From: Macrostomum hystrix
Taxonomy: Eukaryota; Animalia; Platyhelminthes
NCBI GenBank assembly: GCA_950097015.1
Contig: CATNEN010000029.1
Span: 5,642,001-5,706,000 of the forward strand
DNA length: 64,000 nt
Direction of reading: 5' to 3'
The notes beneath the pieces were generated by a model, which had not been told where the DNA came from, ran no database searches, and saw only the letters and a list, made by a program, of their open reading frames with translations. The position numbers and the translations under genes were made by a program. Of the stretch, positions 25,101-37,330 are shown in pieces; position 1 is the first letter of the stretch, and every line of letters starts with the position of its first letter.

Positions 25101-25919
25101 TCCGATGCCGATTCCCCCAGCAGAGCGGCAGAGTGCCCTGCAGCCATGCGCTGTAGGATCGTGGAAGGGGGCGTCGGCACGCAGCTCGTAGACAGCTCGG
25201 GGATGGCCCAGCAAAACCCGCAACAGCGCCATAGGGCGTCGTGGTGGTGCATCCGCGGCGCAATGTTGAGGAGACTGCTAGATCGCTTTGACAGTGAGGA
25301 GGCGACAGCTTCTGCACATCCTGCAGGTCACAGTTATCCGGACTGACTTGAGTGCAGCCGGGAATGAGCACATCGCGAATAGCATTAGTAAAGGTTGGAT
25401 CAGAGGACGGCCTCACATTAGCGCTTATTGAGATGGAGACCGATTTGCCACTCGCGAGCTGCCGATTTTATTGATCACCTGGCTTCGGAGCGCCCTTCTG
25501 CTTCCGGAAAGCCAGCTGTGCATGCAAGCCAAAAATTGAAACTTTGGATAGTCAAACTTAAAATAAATACTCGAAATCACCAATCAGGATATAAAATAAG
25601 TAAATAAGAATTACGATTTTCAATCTTAAGTCAGAGTATCACAAACGATTGCGTGTTGTAGCTACTTCTTAAGCGTAGTCCTAATTGCACAGTTCTCATG
25701 GAAACTTATCATTCCAAACCTTAAAAACGACCTTCCTGCGAGCGAACTTATAAGTAAGATTCATAAACGTTAGCCCTGCTTGTTAAATAAAGCTTAGCAT
25801 GAAAAAATATGCATAAATATACATGTTGCTTTGGACTTGCGCAGATCACGACTTCAGCTACACTTCTTTAAGTGTAGGAAACCGGCCATTCTAGAAAAGT
25901 TCAGTTCGTTCTCTTCTGC

Positions 25920-27031
25920 CTATGAATTCGACATCAGGTGCAAGAAGTCCTCGTGGAGCCAGATCAGATCTCCGTCCTGCCAACTAGCCGCTCGGGTCGC
26001 GTCGAGTCTAGTGAGGTTCTCCGATCTCCAGGCGCTGTAATTTCGGCTAAAAAAGAAGTCGAGCACAGTCGTACGATCACTCCCGATCATGTGCCGTCCC
26101 AGAAACTCCATCTGCACAAAGGCCACCTTGAAATCGCTGAACAAGCGCCCCGATGTCCTCAGGAAGTCGGCCTCTCCGCCCTCGATGTCCAGCTTGATGA
26201 CCACATTCTTGTTGCCGATGAGTCCGCACAGCCGCTCGCTGCGCACGGGCATCACGGGGATCGTGTCCGTCACGGCTCTACCGAACTTGGTCGCTCCTCC
26301 GACGTTGCAGTCGGCAGGGAAGTTCAGGTAGCTCAGCTGGTCTCCAGATCCGATGAAGTTCCACACGAGTGACGCGTCGAGCGCCGCCGCGTCCAGACTG
26401 AGCCGCAGTCGCAGCAGGTTGCGAATGTTGGCGTCAAGCGACACGACGGGAAATCCGAGTCTAGCGGCCAACAGGCTGTAGACGCCGATGTTGCAGCCCG
26501 CGTCCAAGGAAGGTCGCGTTCGGCACTTTCAGTGCAAGCTTCATGACCGAGTGCACAATCTCCGGCTCCCAAGTGTGATTGATGACAATCGCACCAGATA
26601 TTGCGTCCAATTCTGGATAGACGAACATGTGCACGAATCTGTGATTGAAGTCCAGAAGCCTGGCAACTGTACTACCCCGTCTGACAATGTCCAAAAGCTG
26701 TATGTTAAATGGTTTCTGCAGGCTGCAAAGGGGATACTCGTTGTCTGTCACTGAATACGCAACGGCATTCTTGCAAAGGATGTGTTTAAAAGCGGTGTGA
26801 AGAAAGTCAAACTGGCGTAGCTCCCGGAAGCTGTTGCATTTCACCTGCTTGTCGGCCTCGCTCTCGATCAACAGCGCATCGCAGAGAGCTCCATCCAAAC
26901 GGCAGCTGGCACGAGTGTCCAACTGATCGCTGTCCATCTTGGAAGTTTCTCTTCGTGAGCTGCGTTACCAAGTAGATAGTGGCGCACGCGACTAGTGCAG
27001 CAGACAGGAGTCTCCGCTTGAACAGGGCCAT
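25920..27031 (-). pseudogene. FkbM-type SAM methyltransferase paralogue with two frameshifts (pseudogene or consensus error)
   Basis: Three overlapping ORFs (27031-26807, 26937-26461, 26507-25920) stitch into a homologue of 31466-32704. There is an extra T at ~26516 in the FLDAGCNIG codons and a second shift between ~26960 and ~26850. Confidence 0.8.
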
Positions 27032-27720
27032 GCTGAGCAGTTAGCAAAATTTAATGCCTCGCTGGTCAGGCTATACGAGCTCGTATATGATTAGCTTGAA
27101 ATACGTTTTAAGCCTCTCAGTTAGTTAATAAAGATTTCTGCCGGAAGCAGGTGCATCAGAATCGTGACTGCTAGCTCGCCAGTCGTAAAATAATTTTGTT
27201 TGCTCTGGACTCACTCGCTCAGATTTCCATTAGCCTTTCCATTAGGAAATTGTCTTTCAGTATTGTAGACGCTCATATGGGGTATCCGCTTATACGCTCG
27301 TATGAAGCACTGCAATCCAGAGGTCCTAAATTGCTTGCACACACGCAGTACAGTTTCAGGACTAATTATGACTTTTGAATGACGCCATTTTGCCACTAAT
27401 TAACGACCTCTTAAAGTAGGTGTAATATTAAAAACTTATACAGGCAATTTATTTGCAGTAAAACTTTGTTTAAATATTCGCCGATTCATAATTTTCAATC
27501 AGCATCTATTTTTGACCAAGATCGGCGCAATAAACAGCGAAGAACGGGTAAAAGTACAAAAATAATATAATAAGCGAGCGAACAAAGAGCCAGACAAAAT
27601 GAAGTGAAGCAATTGTCTCAAAGCTTAAATATCGGATTCAATACTTGGTTTTGAGTGCTTAAAATGTCTTGGCACGAGTTCCATAGACCATAGGTGAGTT
27701 CCATAGGTGTGAGCCTTATA

Positions 27721-28206
27721 GTGCCCGCTATTTCAAGCAGATATCCACTGGCGGGCGAAGTCTGTCAGTTTACGCCCAGTAGACACCAGTCGCTTTTACC
27801 TGCAGGCAATGCGGAATCCAACTGAGACATGTTGGTACAACAAGCGTCCACGTGGAAAGAATACCGTTTCAACCATAATATATAATATAAAAATAATTAT
27901 TGCAGGAGGGCTGCTGGCAATGACACATAATTTGATGACACTAGACCCGCAGCCAGCGAGGAGGCAATTCTGCCCATTTCGCTGACTCCTGAGCACACAC
28001 GCACACAGATACCGTACGCAGGCATACGCTCACACTGGTGTGTACATCTGCCCTGACTTTCTCATCGTCAGGCAGTGTACACTCTCACTGTGCCTTAGAG
28101 GTTGGCCCTTGAGGGCGTAAATTGCACGACAAGCCCCTATACCTTCTCTCCGCGGCTGCGCCCCATAAAGCCCGCCAGTGGACTATCTGCTTGAAATAGT
28201 GGGCGC
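27721..28206. mobile_element. MITE-like element with ~36-bp TIRs and TA flanks, containing a 5'-truncated SINE A
   Basis: TA|GTGCCCGCTATTTCAAGCAGATATCCACTGGCGGGC at 27719-27756 versus GCCCGCCAGTGGACTATCTGCTTGAAATAGTGGGCGC|TA at 28170-28208. Confidence 0.7.
27880..28168 (-). mobile_element. SINE family A copy 3 (tRNA head missing)
   Basis: Body and tail match copies 1 and 2; the copy stops at CCCCATAAA adjacent to the TIR. Confidence 0.85.
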
Positions 28207-31200
28207 TACGCGCTACGCGCCTCAACGTTTTACCTCGTTTCAGCCCTGTGCAGCCTATCAATATTGGTATAATTCACACTCTCTCGGTTAATGCACACTG
28301 CACGTTTAAGAACTATCGTGCTTGGCAGTGCTAAAATAAATAAATAGTGCTAAAGTAACCAGAAAGCTCCATATACAACTAAATTACGACGTAGAACAAG
28401 GTTTAGCGGAAGATAACAAATTCACTGAACGAAACCTGCATTGAAAGTCAAGAGAGGATTTTGGTCCAGTACGCTGTCAGCAGCGCCTGCACATGTTCGA
28501 ATGCTATCTTCGAGGAATGGTTCACCGTTCACTTCCGTTCACTGCGGCCAGTAATTTCTTACCGTCTTCGAATGCTCGCAACGCTCTTGGTTTTTTTATT
28601 TAGGCAGAGCGTAATGCTTCTGTCGCCTCCGTCGATAACTTCGATTATCAATCTATGCTTTTCGTCGCTATTCTTTGCATATTGCACAGGCGGTGCTCCG
28701 GCATATTCGGCAGCGATTTCGTCGATGTCTTAAAATCGTGCTGGCTTGGTCACAATTTTGTTTGACATGATGGAAAAACTGAGAGTGGAACGGCATTGAC
28801 AGCGCTGTTTATCGGCTTTAGTGCTTACGAGAACTCGTAAATGAGTTCTCCAAAGGATTAAATTGCCTGCCGGTTTGAAACACATTTTACCATAGACAAC
28901 AAGCAGTGAAGCTCAAAATGCGTGTTTTTGCTATCATCATGGAGAAAATTGCTTGCTCGTAGTCTCTACCTTTATTACTATATTACTGTAACACTCGAGG
29001 ACTCGATTGCAGAAGTAAGGAAGACCAATGTAGTGTCAGCTTGTTTGCCCGTGTTATTATTCAGTACGTGTTTTTGCTAAGAGTTCACCCACGCCAAGCC
29101 GGGCCGGACCAGCTTGGGGGAACGGACGCCCACCACCCCGCGAGCGCTACCCCTGGGCTACGGTCCCGGCCAATCAGCGAGCGACCCGGCCTCACTACCT
29201 GTCTACCCTCGGCAAGAAGCGACCCCGGGGCTCAGAACGGCGGTCGCAAGTCTACTGCGATTTGTCGCCTTGGCTCAAGCTACAGCCAGGCATCCACCTC
29301 GCCGATCGACCTAATTTGGGGTTAAAATGACTCTACATGTATATAACGAAGCGTGTTTTTGTAGTCCAAATTATCTTTTTCTCCGCAATTCGCCTCACAC
29401 TGTGAGAAGCACGTGCAAATTATCGTTCTCCGCAATTCGCCTCACACTGTGAGAAGCACGTGCAACTAGTCCACTTGTTTTGTCCCTCCCCGCCCGACCA
29501 CACTCCGCTTGTTCAGTTAGGTAGCTTTCGGCGCTACGCGTCTTGAGAGTGCGCCGCTGACAAGGGTGGTCTAGATAGGCGCTTGTTGTCGAAGTCAGTA
29601 CGTGCTCTCTTCGGAGACTCCGCCGTCAGGCAGAAGGAGTGCCAACCGATAGGATCTGTCGGGGCAGCGCTGAAAGCAGAAACAACCGGAGCCTCTCGGG
29701 AAGAGTAGGGCGCGGATGTAGTCCAGTTAAGTAAAATTGTTATATCCAAATTGTCAGACCAGACTTGCTTCTCACTGTGAGCACGCTATAATTTATTTCC
29801 GTGCGAACATCTATTCTGTCAGTATATAACTTTTAAGTCAAGTAAACGATATTCAAAGTAATTCCTATTCGTATCTGAAATCTTAGTCACAGCCGATTAA
29901 CTCACTCCTAATCAAATTATTCGAGTCTTCGCGTTCATACTGTGTTATTCTTTTTCATTGGGAGTTTCGCCGGGCCGGAGGACGACACACGGGTCTCATC
30001 GCTTATCTATTCCACTTCGCTCGCTACCAGTCTCTAACGCTATTTAATTCCAGATTTCCCTGCTGCATATTGAAACGATTGGTAGGACACCGACCCCGGT
30101 GAATAGTGAATAGTCGCTAGCTTTAAATACCTCACGCTCCAGCTAGGACATTCATTTTATTACACCAAGGCTGGACTTAATAGTGTAGCGGCGATGGACT
30201 CTCTTGATATTACTAAGATAACGGCCCCAACTCGAATATGGACTATTGTATTTATTTGACTGCCTAGCAAAATAGTATTAACAGTCTCTGATGATGCTGG
30301 CGATTCAGCAGCTCCACTTTTAGCACTATTACTACGCTGAGTCCAAAACCACTGGTAACGGGACAGCCCGTGGCGCATGAAAACACATCAGCTTTTAAAT
30401 ACGGCGCGCAGATACATTAAATATAGCTAGTATACGACAAACGCACTTTCAATGCTGCATAAATAATGAATAATATATGTACTGTTATAGATTTAATATA
30501 GATGAATAGGAGACATTACACATTAATAAACTTCACTAGGAATACAAAAATGCAACTCCCATAGAAACTAAAAATTCATAGATAAACAACGACAAAATAC
30601 GACTATAAAATAAATGACATCGTCACAAGTTACTATATATAGATTATATACTAAAATATATTATATATTACTATTGACTGTATATTATTATTGCTATATA
30701 ATTACTATTGTAATATAGAATCTGTAGACCAATCTACTAGCTTGCAAAATGCTACACTTATTTATTTTATTTTTAGCTCGTATAGTTCATTATCACCCTC
30801 TGTGGATTCATTAAAGCGTTAAAAAATTTAATTCAATAGAGGCATAGGATCAGCTGCAAATGCTTGTATCATACGGCTTGTATATTTAGCACAGAAGCCG
30901 CAGCTGTTGCAGATTGGCCCATTGAATGCTGACAGTGTGTAGTCGAACCCAGCTTAATCGGGTTTGAGTAGGGCTTGAATTTACAATAAGCCATGCAGTT
31001 CCGGGGTAGGAAGCTTTCTTTCAGACCCAAAATGTTCACTCCCCCCATTGCTACGAGCGAATAAGCTGAGCGCAGTCAAGCGAAGATATTAAAATGTGTA
31101 AGTGCGAACCCAAATAACCAACCCTTCATGGTAGCTATACTATATAGTTCCGCGCTATAAGCACCGTTGTTGAATGTAGGGGCCAGCTCTGTACGAATTG

Positions 31201-31465
31201 TGCTGATACTGCAGGCCTCGCAGCTCGCTTGTTTAACCAGCAGCCAATAAGGGGGGTCGAGGGACGAAGCCCGCGCTATCAAGACGAGACCAAATCGGCG
31301 TACTCTGAAGCGACGCCTGTATACAATTATTTGTCTTGGCTGAATTTCAGCACTCGATAAAGAGTGATATCGGTGCTGGGCGCTTTGTGACGCTTATAAA
31401 GACGCTTATTGTGGAAGATTAGACGAATACGTTCAAGATTCGGACAGCTGTCAGCAAAAACTCAA

Positions 31466-32704
31466 ATGATTCGACCGAAACAGAGGATTCTGTTGTTGGT
31501 CTCTTGCGCTGCAGCATGCATCATCGTGTATTTTCTGAGCACCAGAACGAAGGAGCAAGCCAATCTTACGCAGAGCAGAGACCTCGCTAATGGTAGACCG
31601 GATCTACACAGGCAAGCCAACAGTGTGGACTCGCAGGCCTCTAATCTCGTTGAAATTAAGGAAAGCTCCGATAAGGGCCACGAGAAAGCTACAGAAAACG
31701 ATGCAGCACAACCCGGTCCTATAGAGAAGCAAGCCGTCACGCCGGTCGCTGAACTGCGAACAAAAGTTCTGGAGCAGATCAAGACAGGCTGCAAAATTTA
31801 CAGCGAGCTGCGCAATGTGGACTTCCAGCAACCTGCTCTCGAATACGCAATGTGCAGCAACGCCAAGGCCTACGAAAAGAAGGCCGACGGTTTCCCTATG
31901 TGCAAGCTGAAGAATCCGTTTCATGAGAGGGTCCTAAGCATTGTGCGCTCTGGAAGCGCAACCACGGACCTACTGGACATGAACAATGCTAAGATGCAAA
32001 TGTTTGTTTATCCTGAAAAGGACTACATTTCTGAACGCATAAAAGCGCAGCATCAGTGGGAGCCTGAGTTAGTCCATACCACACTCAAGCTTGCACTCAA
32101 AGTGCCGAACGCGACCTTCCTGGACGCGGGCTGCAACATCGGCGTCTACAGCCTGTTGGCCGCTAGACTCGGATTTCCCGTCGTGTCGCTTGACGCCAAC
32201 ATTCGCAACCTGCTGCGACTGCGGCTCAGTCTGGACGCGGCGGCGCTCGACGCGTCACTCGTGTGGAACTTCATCGGATCTGGAGACCAGCTGAGCTACC
32301 TGAACTTCCCTGCCGACTGCAACGTCGGAGGAGCGACCAAGTTCGGTAGAGCCGTGACGGACACGATCCCCGTGATGCCCGTGCGCAGCGAGCGGCTGTG
32401 CGGACTCATCGGCACCAAGAATGTGGTCATCAAGCTGGACATCGAGGGCGGAGAGGCCGACTTCCTGAGGACATCGGGGCGCTTGTTCAGCGATTTCAAG
32501 GTGGCCTTTGTGCAGATGGAGTTTCTGGGACGGCACATGGTAGGGAGTGATCGTACGACTATCATCGAGTTTTTCTCCAGCAGAAAGTACACCGCATCGA
32601 GGACACCGACACTGACTGCGTTGGATGCGAAAACTGCTGCAACCTGGCCTGACGGTGATATCTTGTGGATTCACGAGGACTTTCAGCAGCTTGTCCGACG
32701 CTGA
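31466..32704 (+). CDS. Intronless type-II membrane FkbM/Methyltransf_21-family SAM-dependent methyltransferase (412 aa)
   Basis: Short basic N-terminus and TM (ILLLVSCAAACIIVYFL), then a stem. WEPE, motif I FLDAGCNIGVYSL, KLDIEGGE and VQMEF match FkbM-family signatures. Confidence 0.85.
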   Translation: MIRPKQRILLLVSCAAACIIVYFLSTRTKEQANLTQSRDLANGRPDLHRQANSVDSQASNLVEIKESSDKGHEKATENDAAQPGPIEKQAVTPVAELRTKVLEQIKTGCKIYSELRNVDFQQPALEYAMCSNAKAYEKKADGFPMCKLKNPFHERVLSIVRSGSATTDLLDMNNAKMQMFVYPEKDYISERIKAQHQWEPELVHTTLKLALKVPNATFLDAGCNIGVYSLLAARLGFPVVSLDANIRNLLRLRLSLDAAALDASLVWNFIGSGDQLSYLNFPADCNVGGATKFGRAVTDTIPVMPVRSERLCGLIGTKNVVIKLDIEGGEADFLRTSGRLFSDFKVAFVQMEFLGRHMVGSDRTTIIEFFSSRKYTASRTPTLTALDAKTAATWPDGDILWIHEDFQQLVRR

Positions 32705-34072
32705 AAAACTAATAAACGACTTGCAGCTGGTCTTATAGAACAATTTTACTGATTTTAGTAAGTTTAGGTACGAGCTATACAACGCTGATTGCTGGCACTA
32801 AAGGGTCTTTGGTTTTTGGTCCAAATAACGAAATATGGGCCTAAATTGTGTATCTTGTATGCAAAACAATTCAGTCGTGATTTACTTTATGTGGCACTTG
32901 TCAAGTATAACAAAGCAAGTCGTTGTCACTCTTTTAAAACCACTTTCTTAAGTATTTTTACATTCCTGTGTGTCATAATGTTTTTTTGACTACTTACTCA
33001 TTCTGGTGACGCAATCACAGCGAATAGTCGATTGAGTATGTTAATAAATCGCTTCTGAATATATTATAGCCAAAGTTTGTTTGTTTTAACCTTTTCTTTA
33101 TTTAAAGCGAATATTTAAATTCTGAAATGCAATTGTCTCCCCACATGCCAATTTGCTAAGTCTGTCATTTATTCTCTCTACGACTACACAGTTCCTAATT
33201 TTGCCCTAATAGAATCTATAGTTAAGAAATTTATTGATTTATTGATGAATCCCAACCTCCATGCAAGTTCTCTCAGTAGTCTTCTTAGTTTAAAACGATT
33301 TCTTTGAGATCTCTTGTTTTTTCAAGTGCACTTAAATGTATTTTTCGATGCATTGTCGTTTGAATTCCATATAATATACTAACCTGACATAATTGCGTTA
33401 CAAAGAAACAAAAATAGTGACTTTAAGTGCCAAAAAAATTATGCCTACATTATTTCGTTTCAATATGCTCCATTATCTAATATTTTTTCTCATGAAGTCT
33501 TGCTGAGGTAAACTTACCATGTGCGATCTCTGCTCACAGCTAGGCTAGCCAAGGTCACAGATAAAGTTGAGGGCCCTATTTCAATAAGGCCTTATAGTTG
33601 TACGAGCCTTAATGACGTCATTCAACTGTTGGGGCGCACAGCGCAGGTGCCGCAGCTAGATTTTGGAGGGGTGTGGCGCTGTGTTTTTGGATTCAATTTG
33701 AGCCGTAATAAGATCGTCATGAAGGCCAGGTGCATGCATTCCGTAATCAGTGAAAGACGAGAATGAGCGGGGGGCGGTGGAGAGAGCGCTGAGATTGTGA
33801 AGCAGTCGTTTTCCTTATCAGCGGCTCGATTGCTTCAAAACATGACACCCAACGACTGCGCAAGAGATTGCTGAAAAATTTGAGAAATTCCCTTGACGAG
33901 AAAGCGCCAGATGAGATTGACGTCGCTCTCATTCATCTGAGAGCTTCTTAGAGCTAGTTTTGAAACACGCATGTAGAGAAGCTTTGCAACCTGCCAGTTG
34001 TAGAATTGCCATCTGCTTTGATGGTTATAAAAGTGCTTGTACCACACCAAGTCCCAACAGAGCAACCAGACC

Positions 34073-35639
34073 ATGCTGTACAAACCCGCGAAGACGTCAG
34101 CGTCCAAGGTCTCAAAGTCACGTTATCATAAGAGCCCGCATCAGCAGAAGCAACAGGAGCTGCCACCGCAGCAGCAGCAGCAGCAGCAGCAACAGACTGA
34201 GCATTATCATCACCACCGATGGCTCAGGCTCGGCCAACTGTTGAGCAGTATCGGACACCTGAGAATGTTCGGCTCGCAGCATAGCTTGGCTAGCAACGGA
34301 TCGACAAGCGGCGAGTCAAAGGCAACTGACAGTGAGGATCAGTCAAGGGGCTACGGAGACCACAGCCACAGTCGCCGCAATCATCGCGGGAAGCATCGAT
34401 CAAAAGCGACAGTCAGCTGCCAGAATCTGGCCGGGCTGAAGGGGACACCAATTGATCACGATGACTGGTCTATCAGTCCAAAGCTGGGACGCAACGCTGC
34501 AGTTTCAGGTATGCACAAAGAACATGATCTCCATTGTGAACTTCTTGAAGCTCTAGCATTATAGTTCTACATAGATCTAGCAGCCTTATTATTCTTATCT
34601 CCCAGGCTCAACGGAGCTCCGTCGCGGAGCGAACCGGGTAGCAAAATGGGCCACCGGCTTGGCCCACCTGCTGGCCGACGACGATGGCGTCTGGGTTTTC
34701 GCCAAGTTCCTGCGTAGCGAGTTCAGCGAGGAGAATGTCGCCTTCTGGCTGGCAGTTGAAGAGTTCAAGCGGCTGCAGGCGGAGACGCCAGGAGAGGTAA
34801 TAAGAACGATGCATTGTGAAACCTGTCTGACAGAGTTTAGTTTCATGTGCGTCTGTGTGCGCGTGTGCTCGTGATAATCAGCCTAAAAATACTAAGCCAG
34901 TGTGCTGAGGCCAATCCGTGATTTAATCCGAATCAGCTTAGAACTGAGCAGCGAAGCAGAATTTTTTTACTTTCTATGTCAGTGCGGAGTTCAATGCTGA
35001 AGGGATACAGCGTATAAACAGATTAGACAAATTTAATTATGATTCGCGTCAAAAGGATTTCCATCTTGCCGTTGCTCCATCACGCAGCTACTCGCAGCCG
35101 CCCGACGCATCGAGCGGGCCTACATTGGTTGCGACGCGCCAGCTAGCGTCAACTTAGACGGCGTCACCGAACGAGAGCTGCGGCTTCGGCTAAGCCACAG
35201 CCAGCCCGACGTCGGGATGTTCAATGCTGCGCAGAGCCAGATCTTTAACCTGATGCGAATGGATAGCTACGCGCGCTTTCTCAAGTCGGCATTCTACAAG
35301 GACTGCCTTCTTTGCGAGCTGGAGTCCCGACCTCTGCCAACGCCTTCAGCTGGTGGAGCGATGAAGTTTCGCAGCAACGACTCGCTGATCACTCCGCTGC
35401 CTGCCGCATCGCAGCCAATGCAGCTTCGTCAGCAGTATGCCAGCAGAAGTCAAGCGCAACAGCTCGACCTTGCAGCATCAGAAGCGAGCTCATTCATTAG
35501 TCCAAAAAGATCCAAGAAGGAGGCTCAGGCCTGGCAACTGTCAGCAGTCGACCGCAGAGACAATGGGACCTACCGGAGCCGGCAACCCAGTTTGGTTGTT
35601 GCAGCGCTGGACCTAGACTGTGGATTCAGCGTGTGCTGA
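34073..35639 (+). CDS. RGS-domain protein; exons 34073-34508, 34606-34796, 35088-35639 (start codon uncertain)
   Basis: W...L.HLL....G...[52 protein letters not shown]. Junction phases are consistent. Confidence 0.88.
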
Positions 35640-37330
35640 CTACAGAAGGCAATGCAGCGCGCATATCATCAATTAAACTATAATTAAGAACATAACTATT
35701 TTCGGATAAGGAAATACCATCGCAATAATTAATTTTAGTGAACATTTTGACTAAGATCAGGTGCTGTTTGTAAATAAATAGAGCTCGTACATTCGCCAAT
35801 AATATTTACAATAATCAAAAACGTTGAACTTTTAAAAGTCTCATTATTTCAGTTTGACAACAATGCGATTGCGAAAATTTAGAGGTATGAGCGCGACCAG
35901 CCCCACGAGTTAAACGAGTTGGTACAGGAATCCCTTCACGCTGTCCGGTCAGCTGACCCATAGGTACACGTCCCGCGAGTGTTCATGCAAGGCTGACCCT
36001 AGGGCAGACGAATCACCCTGGTCATGATCACTAATGCTCCCCTGATTCTTTAAAGTCGGGGTATGGGAAGATGTCACATAAAAAGTCATGGACCTTATGC
36101 TAAGTTTTCTTCGCAAAGCTATAAAAGTCTGGGCCGAAAGCAATGGTCTGAGAGTCTCTGAGGAAAATCCGCCTGAGCATAAAACATCGGTCTGCAGCTC
36201 GATGGTACGGACATCGCTCTAGCGACCCGGAGCCTTGGCGTCGTGACTATTGGTTCAACTGGTCTTTTCACAAAAGCCTAAAAAGAAACGTGTCACGATC
36301 CTATAGCGCAGCTCCGGCATGCTCTAGGCACCTCCTGGGGCCTCGTCAAAGCGTCTATATTGTGGATCTATACCTTACGTGGTTAGACCCGCCATATAAG
36401 CTTAATCTGGCTCAGCGCTACCCTGGAATGACACGAGGACTTGCTCAACACGATCCAAGGCAGAGCGTGTGGACTCGCTCTACATTTAATATTGATTCAG
36501 ACTCATCTGTGGCTCTTATGCTCGAATAATTACTCACAGTGACAAATGTGCTTCAACTTTCCCCATGATGCGATGCAAATACCGCATGCACATTCTCGCG
36601 GATAACAACCTTCAAAGCCTAAAGTACGTGAGACAATGCTATTGTGTCAACGCTGTTAACTATTGACATGCGTAAAGTCATAAAGGAAGCCTGGAACCTC
36701 GATGAGCTTCTGCACTGAAACACTGATGGCTCGTAGCAGTCAAACCGGCTTCGGCGTCTGTAATCTTGATCAATAAGGGCTTCCGATCGCCTGCCGTCCT
36801 ATCATGCCCAGTACACTGAATAGAACACTATAGTGTTTATAAAAACGAGGTCCTTGCCATCAGTTCCAGATGAGCTTGCGAATGAATGGATAAAGCGTAT
36901 CACGAACATCTTTGCCAACATGTTCACACTAATTTATTGACAAAAACGACCTTTCTGATAACTCCGGCGAGAAATACTTGGAAGAATAAAACAATATGAA
37001 ATGAAGGTACAGACACACGCAAACTAATAAACTAAATTTTCAATCCATGTAAAAATAAACAAGAAGTACTACAAAGAAGCATGTTTTAGGCGTCTTCAAC
37101 GGCATGTGACTATACGTGTTACAATTTTTACAAAAGCGACTTTTCTTTGAAAGAAAATTGCAATTTAAGAAGCCGTTTGTTCAAGCTAACTTTAATTATT
37201 TACTTACATCTCAATAATAGTTGATTTCACTGTTTGCATAACTTTTAAGCCTAAACTTGCCTGAAACAGTAAAAAAGTATAGTACGGTTAAGAAAAAGGC
37301 ACAAACCTACTCTATTTTAACAGATAGCAA

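Noticed and set aside
23757-25420. Moderately GC-rich short ORFs between IYD and the methyltransferase
   Set aside because: No recognisable domain or consistent exon chain; possibly decayed TE or gene.
36690-36770. Hammerhead-like words (GATGAGC...GAAAC, CTGATGG)
   Set aside because: The conserved CUGANGA core and flanking stems are not satisfied.
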